Positions 45,379-57,186 of a stretch of 64,000 nucleotides of DNA are shown here, in pieces (the first letter of the stretch is position 1; each line of letters begins with the position of its first letter). A model generated the notes under the pieces. The model saw only the letters and a program-made list of their open reading frames with translations, searched no databases and was not told the origin of the DNA. The stretch lies in assembly GCA_000091205.1 (NCBI GenBank), contig AP006502.2, one strand, 5' to 3'. A program made the position numbers and the translations under genes. Source of the DNA: Cyanidioschyzon merolae (Eukaryota).

Positions 45379-45939
45379 GGTTATCTGTTTTTCTGTAAAG
45401 ACAAGAGCGTTTACAAGAACCCTGATTTTACCACATACGAGATTTCACGTGCATCTCAAAGCGAGCGCTCTGAAACTAGCGTCGCACCGCTGCGACCCGC
45501 ATGGCTGCTCCAAGCCAGAGTAGATCTGACCGCAATCCGAATAACGAATGGCTGTGACACGAAAACGTGTCCACGACGCATCATTCGCGCCGATCTCCGA
45601 CGTCTTTCTTTTGGGTCACGAAGGAGTAGAAATACATGCTTGGCGATCGAAGATGGTGATAGGGAACTTTTCTAACCATAATAGTATCCAATTGTATATT
45701 AAGGTCTCTAATAAACAAGATTTCCGTGATCCAAGATGGTGATACGGAACTTTTCTACCCATACCAGTATCAAACTGAATTCATGGTACATGTTTGTATC
45801 TAAAGGACATGGTGTTCTGGCTTGCTCGTAGCTCGATCCATGCCCGCACAGGTACGCGCACAGTCGTTTGCCACAGACTCCGTCTGGTTCGCACTTGCGC
45901 TTCACGTATGGGTTGGCTCATGCGTGCACAAACTGACGC

Positions 45940-46770
45940 ATGTCTCAGTTAAACGCAGTTTTTAGAGCGAGAGCTTTGTTTAGAGTTGCTGCGTGGCCGG
46001 GGTTCAGTCAGCAGACGCGACCTGTGTCCGGGGCGTGTTTGCACACGTGCCAGACGTTTGACCTGCTTGCAACAGAGCACCTGTGGCGCCGAAGCTGCCT
46101 CGATGTTGAAAACGCTTTCAAGGCGCACATCATACAGCGACGTTGGAAGAGGAGCAGCTCAAAACGAGCACCGGCAGTGACGTCAGCGGAGTCGACTGGC
46201 GACACGACCGACTGGGCACGCTGGCTCCACGAAGCAGAGGCGCAGGTGCGTTCTACACACACCGCGCTGCAGCGTGACCTGGACTCCATACGCACTGGAC
46301 GAGCAGACCCCGGGCTACTCGACTCGGTCATCGTTGTGCTGTCAGACGGTTCGCGCGTGCCGCTACGGAAGCTGGCACATGTCTCGCTCAGAGATCCACG
46401 TACGCTGCAGGTGCTCGTCCATGATGCCTCGTGGGCGGGAAACTGCGAGAAAGCAATCCGGAGCGCTGGTCTCGGCTTAAACCCGGTCGCTGGCACCGGC
46501 AATGCAAGTCATGCGCTCTTCGTGCCGGTACCGCCACCATCAGTCGATGCGCGCCGCCAAATGATCCGTCTCGCATCACAGCGAGCAGAAGAAGCTCGAA
46601 AGGCTATTCGTCTAGTTCGACGAGACCTACTTGAACAGATTAAATCACACGTTATCCGCGAGGATGATCGCTTTGCGCTCAGAGAGAAGGTAGAAGTCGA
46701 GGTCCAGCGCTGGGTCAGAGCCGTCGATCAAGTCCTCCATGCCAAGGTTCGTGAACTCGAGCACCACTGA
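45940..46770 (+). CDS. RRF: Ribosome recycling factor (RRF/frr), organellar.
   Basis: IRTGRADPGLLDSV, PLRKLAHVSLRDPRTL, IEKAIRSAGLGLNP, EEARKAIRLVRRD and collinearity with bacterial-type RRF; ~90-aa N-terminal presequence. Confidence 0.8.
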   Translation: MSQLNAVFRARALFRVAAWPGFSQQTRPVSGACLHTCQTFDLLATEHLWRRSCLDVENAFKAHIIQRRWKRSSSKRAPAVTSAESTGDTTDWARWLHEAEAQVRSTHTALQRDLDSIRTGRADPGLLDSVIVVLSDGSRVPLRKLAHVSLRDPRTLQVLVHDASWAGNCEKAIRSAGLGLNPVAGTGNASHALFVPVPPPSVDARRQMIRLASQRAEEARKAIRLVRRDLLEQIKSHVIREDDRFALREKVEVEVQRWVRAVDQVLHAKVRELEHH

Positions 46771-48131
46771 TGCATCCGCTTTGCCGAGCGATCGTGTAAC
46801 AAATGGACGCCGTCGCACTCCCTCTCCACCAGCAAGAAAGCATGCTATCCTCGGGCACCAATGCCTGAGATCCAGGTTATCTGCGAAGATAATCATGTGG
46901 GTCTTGTTTAGGTCAAGCATTGACCACCGGCGCGTGAGATTTAGACCATGCTAACGGACAATCTTGAGAGAATTGCGTAGGTTCAATGATGCACAGCGTT
47001 TTGTGCGATTAAGCGGAAGCAGGGTTTCCTCACTTTCAGCAAGATACGCGCAGCACCTGGAGACGCTGTCTGGTGGGCAACCTCTATCCGTCGTGGCGAT
47101 CGCTCCATTTGTGTTCGTCTGCGTGGATTCTGCGCGATGATCCGAACAACATCGGGGACTCCAACGCCAGCGCAAGTGGGTGCCTCTGTATGGAAACTTG
47201 CTCGGGTGCGGGTCCAAGAACTCGACAACGACTTTCATCTGAAGCGTGCTTTAAAGTCTGCCAGCGCTTGGCGAACGCAGTACTGACGGGCGCCTTCATT
47301 TCAGGAAGAAGAAACACACTCGCCCCTGCGAATAGGTCGTCGCCTTTGATACCACGCAATCCGAATAAAGCGGATTGTTTCCTTCAGAATTTGGGCAGAG
47401 CCTAGGAGGAGGGCAACCTCGCAGAATGCAGCCTGTTGCAGGAAACACTGGAAGATTCCTACATTGGTGCAGGCATTTCGATGCCACGTAGGTCCTAGAT
47501 GGAGCACGTTTCGGGCGGGATGCCCGCAATACAAGCGCGCGAACCTTCGGCACAGTCCTGAGGAGCTCCGGAAATACCCGGAGAGGCAGCGAGTGACTTG
47601 AGCTCCGAAAAATCGTGTTCAACTCGACGAGCGCAACACCGACTTCGAATCCGTCGCGGAATGAAACTGGAATCCTGGCGAACGCGCTGCAATGCCCCTT
47701 GTTCAGAGCAGATCGTCTGTAACGTACTCGATCGGACGAATGATCATTCACGAAGTAGATTCTGGTCTGGGGTTCCTAAACCCGAACGTTGGTCACTTTC
47801 CTACATAACGGTTTTTAGCATCTGCGCATCCTGGAGATCCCTGGTTCGATGCAACGATCCCTTACCCCCAGACATAATCGCATCTCCTTCGAGAAGCCGA
47901 ACCTAACGGAAGCAGAGACCCGACTTGCGCCTCTCGTGGATACGTCTCGACGCTCCGTCGTATGGGCTGACCACACCCAACATCCCCGCTACCGATTCGA
48001 GCGAGAGAGAATGTTTTACGGGCATGCCATTGTCCGGCGCATAGCACCTAGCGCTCATGGATGGTATACGATCGACCTCTAGATCCAAGCATCGATTCCG
48101 CGACTGAAAAGCCGGTGCTCCCTGGAGCGCC

Positions 48132-49355
48132 TCAGCTCATCGCCTGCGTCACCGGAGCATCATAGTTGCTGATCGCTCGCTTCCGATCGATGCGCTTGAG
48201 CAGACCAGCCAGGGTACGCCCGGGCGCGAGTTCAAGGAAATTTGTCCGATCACCGTGGTCCATAATGGCGGTCTGGATGCAGGCCTGCCAACGAACTGGC
48301 GCAGTTAGCTGCTCCACCAGGCGCTGTTTAATGGCATCTTTCTGATTTTCGTGAGGACGTCCCGTCACGTTGCACATCACCGGGTACTGAAGCGGCAGAT
48401 TCACGTCGATCGTTTGCAGCGCATCCGCCAAACGATCCGCTGCTGGCTGCATGAGCTGGGAATGGAACGCTCCAGCAACGCTGAGTTCCGTCGCCTTGAG
48501 GTGCAATGTGGCCGTCGCATATTCCATGGCCCTCCGGCAGGCGTCTTTCGATCCACTGAGTACGATCTGGCCTGGGGCATTAAAGTTTGCAGGGACAAGA
48601 ACCTCGTTACGCTTCCGGCACGCTTCACAGAGGTCCATAGCTTGTTCCTCCGAGATGCCCAGAATAGCGACCATGGTTCCCTCTGAGTCCTCTGCTGCTT
48701 TCTGCATAGCATCACCGCGGATCGTGACGAGTTCCAGGCCGGCTTCGAACTCGAACGCTCCTGCGAGCGTCAGCGCAGTGTACTCGCCGAGGCTCAGGCC
48801 CGCCGTCGCTGCCACGTAACTCGGTTCGCGACGCGTGCCAGGTGCGAGCTCGAACTGCTGTAGCCCGTACCAGCAGGCCAGTGATGTCACAAAAATCGCT
48901 GGTTGCGCGACATCCGTTCGATCGAGGACGTGCTTCGGGCCGTTGAACATTATATCCATCAAACTTTGACCATTCGGTAGACGAGAGCGTCCCAGGTAGC
49001 GATCTGCGCGTTGAATTATCTCCCGTGCTGCGCTGGATGCCTCGTACCAGGCGCGTCCTTGGCCTACCGTCTGCGCACCCTGACCCGGACAAAGCACTAC
49101 GACAGGTTCGCCTTCGCGCATGTGTAGCGTGCTGGCGTGGCTCCAACGCGTGCCGTGTCGCTCGCTGAGGCGGCGCACAGGCGCCACCACGAACCAAGGC
49201 GCCGCGGCCGCTGCTTTTCGCCACACGGTGCGCAGTCGTTTGTGTTGAGCGCACTGCAGTACAGGCCGCACGCCAGTGCCAACGCCGGCGCCCTTACTGA
49301 CGGACACGAAACCCACTGGGGTTTCCATACACCAAACCGTTGCAGTGAAGTACAC
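48132..49355 (-). CDS. FABD: Malonyl-CoA:ACP transacylase (FabD), organellar type II fatty-acid synthase component.
   Basis: VVLCPGQGAQTVGQG matches the FPGQGsQ motif, GLSLGEYTALTLAG the GHSLGEY motif, and GAFHSQLMQP is present; N-terminal presequence-like extension. Confidence 0.8.
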   Translation of the reverse strand: MYFTATVWCMETPVGFVSVSKGAGVGTGVRPVLQCAQHKRLRTVWRKAAAAAPWFVVAPVRRLSERHGTRWSHASTLHMREGEPVVVLCPGQGAQTVGQGRAWYEASSAAREIIQRADRYLGRSRLPNGQSLMDIMFNGPKHVLDRTDVAQPAIFVTSLACWYGLQQFELAPGTRREPSYVAATAGLSLGEYTALTLAGAFEFEAGLELVTIRGDAMQKAAEDSEGTMVAILGISEEQAMDLCEACRKRNEVLVPANFNAPGQIVLSGSKDACRRAMEYATATLHLKATELSVAGAFHSQLMQPAADRLADALQTIDVNLPLQYPVMCNVTGRPHENQKDAIKQRLVEQLTAPVRWQACIQTAIMDHGDRTNFLELAPGRTLAGLLKRIDRKRAISNYDAPVTQAMS

Positions 49356-51381
49356 GAGTGCCAGCGCAGCGTCAGCGCACGATGCCTAGCTTCGACGTAC
49401 GCGTCGCCAGCACCGCTGCCAATACGACTCCGCGTCAGAGGGCCGTGTACGGGCGTGATGCGCACAGACGCCCATTCCTTTGTCCATTTTATTCCTATAT
49501 GTACTAGTACAGAGATTTTGCAGCCGCCGCGCGCAACGCTCCGGATGACATGCCGTATCAGCGGCGGTTTCGCTCGCCGATCTGGAAAGCACCCGCAACG
49601 ATTCCGCTGTTGCAGGACCAGGCGACGCAGCGCCCAGCCCTGGCACTCACGGACGCGTCTGCTACCAGTGCGTGCTGGGTACGCGCAGCGTTCCGTGCGG
49701 TTTGGCAGGTGTGCGTTCACCTTGGTGTCTGCAGGATACCTGGTCCTGAAGTTCGAGTCGATCTTGAGCTCATCAATTCTTAAAGCTTAATTCCTCCTTC
49801 TGAGCTCTATGGTTACCGCGGCAGGGTCGAGCGTCCAGAGAAGCAGCGTGCATTCGATGACCCGGCTCTATGTATCAGATTAAACGGGCACCCTGAAGTG
49901 CTCACTATCTTCCTGATTTTCGATTCCTTTTTCGAATTTTTTCCCAGTGCACAGCCTTGCAGTTCGAAATGGAGCAAGAAGGACTTTTGTATTCATGTGT
50001 TGTTTTGGGATTTTTGGTCGATGTTTTTTCGAAGGGGCACCTCTGTCGTTTCGCCCATGAACCTTGATACGTCACCGAAATCAAGATGAATCGCGATGCC
50101 TTTTAACAAGCGTTTGTGAAATCACCGGTGTCACCATCCAGTTCATACGTGCACCGATTACGCTACTCCTCTGCTTATGTTGCGCATACGTAATCACGAA
50201 TGCTTCACGTTCCCAATGCTTCCGTGTCAGGGTAGCTCATGGACGCAGCAAGGCGCGCACCTGGACGGACGACGACCAATACATGGCGTCGTCCAGTGAC
50301 GACATCATCACAAGCCCATGCCGAAAGTCCTCAGAACTTGTCATGTCAAGCAGTCGATGCCGTTCGAAGGACGAATCCGTCTCTCGCCGTGGCAGTCCAT
50401 AAAACGTCATTCGACAGCCGCGGCATAATAGCTCTGTCTGGATACGCACCCAGCTGCTCCGGTCGCTTCTATTTCCTCGGTAAATGCCTTCGACTCGAGT
50501 CATTGCAGCGATCGCATCCAGCGCAGAGCGCGTCACCGCTTTGCACACAGGGAGCGTAGACGGATCGACGTTGCTCGACTTGATCGCGAGCGTGGACTTT
50601 TTTTCTCGTACTTGTGTCACCATGGAGGACATTGCGTTGCGTAAATCGTCTATCGGCTAGAACAGCATGCGCGTGTATTTTCAGCGGTCAAAATACTCGT
50701 CGAAGGAATCGCATAGATGAAGCCACGGATCGTAGGATACGGTACCGAGCACGGAAACCAATGAAGCATCGCGTGGAGCCTGCTGTACCCGTCCAGGGTG
50801 TGCATAGAGCAGTGAAGCAAACGTTCACGCGGCGCATTGCCGCGCTCAGACGAGGATGAGGAGGAGCTCCTGTGAACGTTTGAGGGCACCTCATCACAGC
50901 CAAGTGTCATCGTTGCGAACGGCACACGGAGCTTTTCGACAATGAAGATGCAAAACGGCGAGCGACGCATAGATTACATTCCGCGCCTGTGCATTCCATG
51001 TGTCGACAAGCGCCGCAATCAGCGAAACGGGGACTAGAACGCTACGATCAACATCTCCCGACTGTTGAGAACAGAACTGGAAGCAAAGCAGAGACCTGCA
51101 TACTTAAAAGCGGAGATGAGATCAAAAGGAAGCAGTCGCAGAAAAACCTCGCAGAGGCTGGTATGAACTACAGTCGGCATAGATCCAAACTTCATTGCGT
51201 ACGCCCGTGTTGGAAGACCTGTTCCATGTTATTCTCCCAGGGGTGCGGCAGCGAGTACGTCATGCAGTCCCCATGACAAAGGCTGACGACCATGAAGAGC
51301 GCGCCACAAAGTCTCCCTCGACGGTAATCCAGTGTCGCATATGCCAGTGGTTCACGCATCGGACGCCCGCGGCAGTGTCGC

Positions 51382-52113
51382 TTACACTCCGGATGCTTCA
51401 GCTACACTCGCTGCATGCGCGTCATGCGCAGCATCCACAGTTCCGTCATCGTCTCCGGTGTTCGATGTCTCCGCTGCGGGCGCTGCCTGAACACCATTCT
51501 CCATGCCTTCGTTTGATAATGTCTCATTCGCTTGTAAGACCGATGATAAGTGCCCTGTTTGCGTGGAAGGCAGCGTTGCCGACTCTGGCTCGGTACCATT
51601 GACGGCTCCCGCGCTATCGCTCGACGGGAGCGGCGCAGAGGCGAGCTTCGCACGGTTGCCCGCCGGTTGCACCCGCTCGAACCCGGGAACTTCCTTCTCC
51701 CAAAACGGCACCGTCCGCGGCACGAACTGCGGTTTCGAGTTTCTATAGCGGTAAACGGAAAAGGCTGCTAAACAAGCCAAAACACCCCCAGCTAGACCCA
51801 GGCCTTGAATAACTTGTCGGTTACTCGTATCCGAGTGGTCATCGAGGTAGTTGCAAAAGTCCGACTCGCCGGGGCCCACCTCGTGTCCTTCGGGTAGGGG
51901 GCTAGTTGGCGGTTCGTCTGCCGTCTGAATGTTGGACTCTGCTCGGATCTGGCGCGCATAACGTACCAGTTCTTCAAAAGTCGCTTCCCTATGGTGAGAC
52001 GCGCCTTCGCTGGCAGCCGCACTGAACGTCCTGCGCCAGAGGCGACTGCAGGGTCGCGACAACGTCCACAACGTACTGGCCCGGAGAGCAGACTGCCTCA
52101 AGACGGTTCCCAT
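51382..52113 (-). CDS. Hypothetical single-pass membrane protein with presequence-like N-terminus.
   Basis: ORF with one hydrophobic segment GLGLAGGVLACLAAFSVY; no domain recognised. Confidence 0.35.
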   Translation of the reverse strand: MGTVLRQSALRASTLWTLSRPCSRLWRRTFSAAASEGASHHREATFEELVRYARQIRAESNIQTADEPPTSPLPEGHEVGPGESDFCNYLDDHSDTSNRQVIQGLGLAGGVLACLAAFSVYRYRNSKPQFVPRTVPFWEKEVPGFERVQPAGNRAKLASAPLPSSDSAGAVNGTEPESATLPSTQTGHLSSVLQANETLSNEGMENGVQAAPAAETSNTGDDDGTVDAAHDAHAASVAEASGV

Positions 52114-53225
52114 ACCGCGAGTGACAGTGCTTCGCTAGTATCACCGCTTTATCGCTAGACTCCACCAGAAAGACTCTCCTGCGTTGCTCTTCCTGTCGTG
52201 CGTTCGAGCTGGAACGCTGCTCGTTGCAAAACAATACTCCGTTCTCGCCAGCGCTGCCAATGGAGGCGAGGCGAGGTAGCGACAGGCTGCCGCTGCAAGT
52301 CCTGCGTAGCGAACGTGCAGCAGAGAGGGTTGAGTGCCTTTCACGTATGTCAGGTTGCGTATTGCAGGATGCTTTTGGATCCTAGCTTGGGATGGTGCAT
52401 AGCGTCTGGCTGCTCTGTGAGGGACGTCGCCGTGTGGGCCTGTACTCGCTGAACGATTGTTACGGGCACACAAGCGCTGGGAACTGTGTGGCGCCCCAGT
52501 CATCACAGTATCCGCCTTACTACCGATCACTCAGACCTCCGTAACATTGAATTACTCCATCAAGGTGTGTCGTTTCAAATTCTGTACTTGTTGATCGCAA
52601 TTTCTTGTTTCACGCTCTCGCGGTGCGGTGTCAGAGAGGAAGCTTGACACCCGCCTTCGAAACTTAGCTCCAAGGCCATCGGCGCTGTTTGGACGCCATA
52701 TTCTGATCCTGAACGCAGTAACCAACTTTTTTATCGTAGAGTTCGAGCGTTTCTGAGGTTAATGTCGCCGTTCGCGGCTCGACATGCTCCATGCACAACT
52801 GAGCTGGCAACCTCGTTCAGTGTCGTTTCGCGTACCCGATACATGAGTGGAACGCACCACCGAATGAAACAGAAAAACTGTTGGCTAGCATTCCATGTTC
52901 CGACACGCCGTTGATAGCCCGATGAAGAGGCGCCGAAGGAAGCCCTTTACATGAACATATCGTTATCGCGTATCCCAAAGGCACCGTTTCCATGCATCCT
53001 GCCGAGTTCACGTCCGTCGAAGCACCAGTGCCTCGCAATCACCAGAACAGTCTCCACAAAACAAAGGATTCTACCTGACCGGTGACCATTGAACGTTCGT
53101 AGACGTCAACGGAAGTGAAGTGCTTCCTCTGCGGAATTCCGGTCCGCTGCCTCGGCCCTTGCCTTCCGACAGCGTGACGGACATCGCCTTCATGCGACCT
53201 CTATTGCGCAACGATCTTCAGCTTT

Positions 53226-54344
53226 TTACTTTGAAGCCTCATCTCCGTTCTGGCCAGTTGGCGTGTCGTCGTCCGGCGTCTCGGTAGCATTGAGGTCTGT
53301 TTCCGCAGCGGACGCACCTTCAGACGATGCTGGCGCTGCCGGACCTGGACCTGGACCCATCGATACAGCACATACGGCAGCACGAATGAGGGTGCTCTCC
53401 ACTGCTCCTTCTTGCGTGGCTTGACCCGCGTGCACGTCCCGCATGATGTAACCTTTCTGGAATACATGGGTGATATAACCCTCGGGGTGCTCTGTTGACT
53501 CCACCCTCTGGATCGCTTCATGGATTTTGGGATCAAACTGCATCCCAACTGGATCCAGGGTCTCCACACCAATCTTTGCGAATGCGTCGAGCACTTGCTT
53601 GCAGAGCACCTGATAATTTTGATGGACCTTCTGTGCCTCCTCACTCTGAGGTTTCAACGTCTGCGCCGCTCTGTCGAAGTTGTCGATCGCCGGTAGCAAC
53701 TGTTGCACAGCGCGCATTCGACCGCGCAGTTCTTCCTGCTGTTTCTCACGTGCAACACGGCGCCGAAAGTTATCAAAGTCTGCAGAGAGACGCAGCACCG
53801 AATCACGTTCCGAGTCGGCAGCTTTCCGCGCGGCCTCAAGCTCTTCTCGCAGCGACTGCAACTCTTTCTCCAAAATTTCAATTTTTCGTTTCAGAAAAGG
53901 CGGCGAGTTCAGCAAATCCTCACCTTCCATTGCTTCTTCTTCTCCTTCTTGTTCTCCAGTTGTCTCTTCATGAGTAAGGTGCGTCTCGTTCTCGGCTTGG
54001 CTGCTGGCGGCTGCGTCCGCACCTTTCGCACCATCGTGGTTGCTCGGAGGCTCCGAAGGTTGCGCTTCACTCGCTGGTTGTTGCTCACGTTTCTTTGGGC
54101 CAGCATCGCCGCCTAAAGCCATGACGTACCCGTTGTTCGAGCGTGCTCTCGCGAACGCCAACCTCGTGCACTTACCGTACGTTCTAGAACGATCGAAAGA
54201 GACAGGTGACTGACCCTGGACGCGAAAGCACCGCCTCGTAAGCGTCCCTGCGCCACGCACCGTGATCGGCACGAAAGCCACGAGCCTGAACCCGGATGTA
54301 TCCATAATACCGACCGGTACAAAAGCAAACCCCTGAGCCAACAA
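53226..54344 (-). CDS. GRPE: GrpE-type Hsp70 nucleotide-exchange factor, organellar.
   Basis: Coiled-coil region then RLSADFDNFRRRVAREKQ, QLLPAIDNFDRA, FDPKIHEAIQ, VFQKGYIMRDVHAGQATQ (GrpE signature); acidic low-complexity N-terminal region after a presequence. Confidence 0.75.
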   Translation of the reverse strand: MLAQGFAFVPVGIMDTSGFRLVAFVPITVRGAGTLTRRCFRVQGQSPVSFDRSRTYGKCTRLAFARARSNNGYVMALGGDAGPKKREQQPASEAQPSEPPSNHDGAKGADAAASSQAENETHLTHEETTGEQEGEEEAMEGEDLLNSPPFLKRKIEILEKELQSLREELEAARKAADSERDSVLRLSADFDNFRRRVAREKQQEELRGRMRAVQQLLPAIDNFDRAAQTLKPQSEEAQKVHQNYQVLCKQVLDAFAKIGVETLDPVGMQFDPKIHEAIQRVESTEHPEGYITHVFQKGYIMRDVHAGQATQEGAVESTLIRAAVCAVSMGPGPGPAAPASSEGASAAETDLNATETPDDDTPTGQNGDEASK

Positions 54345-54645
54345 AGTGCCTATCCAGACTCAACGTTTGCTTCGCGGAGTTTAGGACTTCACCGAACACC
54401 AAACACCAAACATCGCACGCGGCAGAGTGTGGCGGACGACGGCTGCCGACGGACGTCGAGCACCGCGGAAAGCAGCGCCTCCAGGTCCGCATCCAGTACG
54501 GCTCGTTGGTACGGCTGGTTCATCGAGACGCTGCGATACCTACCAGGTGCTTGCGTTTAGCAGGTGATTGCTAGGACGCGGGTTTTTCTATCCATCCGAA
54601 AGCGAACTTGTAACAAGTTCACTCTCTAGGAGCGAGTTCTGGGAA

Positions 54646-57186
54646 ATGGCGAAGCGACCGGCGAGTCATCGGCGGAACCCCGCCAGCGTGGCGCTCCAAC
54701 CGTACCTGGAGCTGCTCACGAAACAGCTCCTAGAGCTGCGGGATCGTCGACCTCATTGCGTCACGGACAACGAAGCCCTGGAAATAGACGCTGAAATCGA
54801 TACGCTTTGTGCGAACTTGTTTCAGGAACTCAGTGGAAAACAGCTTCTGGTGTTACGCGACGTAGTGAACGCACGCCTCATGGAACAACTGCTCGGACTG
54901 CTGCTCGCGCCGCAGAGTGGTACCATGGAAGCGCTAACAAGCAGGGCTGCAGAAGCTGTGTCTGCTCTGATGGCTGGCCCCTGCAGAGCGGCACTTATGC
55001 GTGCGAGCTCGGAGACTACGTGGATGAAACTCCTTCTGTGTGACCCGATCGGGAGTCATGTGCTGCAGAAGCTGCTATGGCGCCTCACAGAGCCGGACCT
55101 TCACCAGGCCATTACTGGAGCTCTGGTGCACCCGAAGGAGCACACCTCAGATGACGGGCAACTTCAGCGGCTGGTGCATGCAGCGCGAGCCGTTGCAGAT
55201 GCCCTGGAGTCGCTAAGCAACTGGTGGTTTGCCCCCGTCGTCGATGACGAGCCTGAGCATACGCCCCTGGATCGAGCGGGTTGTTGGTTCACGACCATGG
55301 TGCACCCGAGTGGTACCCATGTTTTGCGAGCGTTCCTCCTGGTTATCAGCGCCCTTCCGGCGCGACGTTTTGGCCCTGCACAGAACTGGCAAACGCATGC
55401 CCTGGAGCAGTTTCTGAGCGGAGACCAGCCGGTGCCGACAGCACCCGTGTGCCCAGCTCTCCTCGTGAACAAAATTATCCCATCTCTTACAGGTTTATCA
55501 GTGCAAGCGCTTCGACGTCTCATGCGCTATGCACCGGCGTCTGCGACACTGCAGACGCTCCTTCTGGCAACCGTGCAGGTTCATCGTCATCACTGTGACG
55601 CCTCCGATGATGGCGATGAAACGAATGGTACCGAGACGAGTGGATCGCGTGTGCGGCGCCACTACGGGTACCAGCTGATCGCTTTGTTCCTCGGGGCAGC
55701 CCGGGAGGATTTGCTAACTGGCCCCGCAGCGAGTCGTCTTTTGGAGCTAACCCTCCGGTGTGCGTGCGCATGGTCGAACTCGACCGAGCGAGGTTCCTCA
55801 CCAGATATCAGAAACCTTTTGGAGGCATTTTATGCAAAGCACATGTCCGGAGCGGAACGCCTGCGACGCCTGTATCTGCATCCCCGAGCGAACTACTGCG
55901 TCCAGGGTCTGCTCTACAGCGCCAATTTGGGACTCGTGCAGCGCATGCTGGTGGATGATGCGCTCCTCGAGCATCTCGAGGCAAGCAAGCGCGCAACCCA
56001 TCCCGAACCGCGGCATGATCGAAGTGGGGTCCTTTGTGCCGTCCTCAGAGCCGTGCTTCGCGCCAGCGTCGCGAGCGATGCTGCTTTGACGCATCTCGTC
56101 CAGTGTACGATTGCCGCTGCGGAGCAGTGGGTTGGCGTTGGCGCTGTGGATACGCAAAAGGCGACGCAGCACAACGTACGATGCATTATGCAGACGTTGT
56201 TCCCAAATGACGATGAATACGAGCCCACGGGTACCCAGAAGCGTACTCGCGCTGTTGCTACGTCCCCAGCAGCCGTCGAGGCATCAGAGCGCGCAGCGGC
56301 ACGCGGGTCTGTGAATGGATCCCTCCTGCTACAGCTGCTTGTGCATCATTCGAGCGCTGTGCTGCACGCGTTCACGCAACTGGATTTGCCAGAGCTGCTA
56401 ACCATTGCAAAGGACATGGTTGCCTGCCACGCGTTGCTTGCTTACTTGGACGCCGTGGATGCCCGACAAGCGGAACGAATCCAAACGCGCGCGCAGCTCT
56501 ACCGGTGTATACCGCGTGTTCTCGAGTTGGCGAACTCCGCTTCAGGGTCTCGATTTTTGGAAAAGGCTGCTCGTTTTATGCAACAGGACCTCGTATGGCA
56601 GCGAAAGGTGACGGAGCAGCTAGCACCGGCGCTGACAATGCTCGCAGGAACGCACCATGGAGCGCGCTGTATCCGTTTATTTCAAGTACGGCTTTGGCTC
56701 GATTACCCGCAGCTCTGGCTCTCAACTCGGCGAAAACAAGCGTCTGTCAAACGCGTCCTGTCGGAGATCTTGGAATCGGATACCAATGATGGTTCGTTAT
56801 CGCGACCTTCGCGGGATCATCGAGCTTCGACGCGTGCGTCCGCCAAAGGCCACCCATTGAACGCAGCGTCCGCGTTCCTGCACTCTGGCTCGAGTGACGG
56901 TTGCTCGCTTGACCAGAACGCCGAACTCGAGCGTCCGCAAAAGAAGCCATCATTGTTGGCGAGCGACTCGTCCGGAGATCCTAGTTGTGACGCTGAGTTT
57001 TATGCCAGTTTGGCTCGACTCGATCCGCTGCACTTTACGCGAAAGGATTCGTCGTGTACCACAGAGAAACGCTCGGTGCCTGCAGTGCAACCGCTTCCAA
57101 GCACGAGCGTTCGATCCACGGACTTGGCACCGGTCCTCGAGGCCATTCACCGAGCCAGTACAGCAAAGATGGGGCGCACGCCCTAG
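54646..57186 (+). CDS. Large alpha-helical repeat protein with Puf/Nop9-like RNA-binding repeats. Tentative.
   Basis: CDPIGSHVLQKLLWRL, ANYCVQGLLYS and GSRFLEKAARFM resemble degenerate Pumilio/Nop9 repeat cores; start chosen at MAKRPASH. Confidence 0.45.
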   Translation: MAKRPASHRRNPASVALQPYLELLTKQLLELRDRRPHCVTDNEALEIDAEIDTLCANLFQELSGKQLLVLRDVVNARLMEQLLGLLLAPQSGTMEALTSRAAEAVSALMAGPCRAALMRASSETTWMKLLLCDPIGSHVLQKLLWRLTEPDLHQAITGALVHPKEHTSDDGQLQRLVHAARAVADALESLSNWWFAPVVDDEPEHTPLDRAGCWFTTMVHPSGTHVLRAFLLVISALPARRFGPAQNWQTHALEQFLSGDQPVPTAPVCPALLVNKIIPSLTGLSVQALRRLMRYAPASATLQTLLLATVQVHRHHCDASDDGDETNGTETSGSRVRRHYGYQLIALFLGAAREDLLTGPAASRLLELTLRCACAWSNSTERGSSPDIRNLLEAFYAKHMSGAERLRRLYLHPRANYCVQGLLYSANLGLVQRMLVDDALLEHLEASKRATHPEPRHDRSGVLCAVLRAVLRASVASDAALTHLVQCTIAAAEQWVGVGAVDTQKATQHNVRCIMQTLFPNDDEYEPTGTQKRTRAVATSPAAVEASERAAARGSVNGSLLLQLLVHHSSAVLHAFTQLDLPELLTIAKDMVACHALLAYLDAVDARQAERIQTRAQLYRCIPRVLELANSASGSRFLEKAARFMQQDLVWQRKVTEQLAPALTMLAGTHHGARCIRLFQVRLWLDYPQLWLSTRRKQASVKRVLSEILESDTNDGSLSRPSRDHRASTRASAKGHPLNAASAFLHSGSSDGCSLDQNAELERPQKKPSLLASDSSGDPSCDAEFYASLARLDPLHFTRKDSSCTTEKRSVPAVQPLPSTSVRSTDLAPVLEAIHRASTAKMGRTP

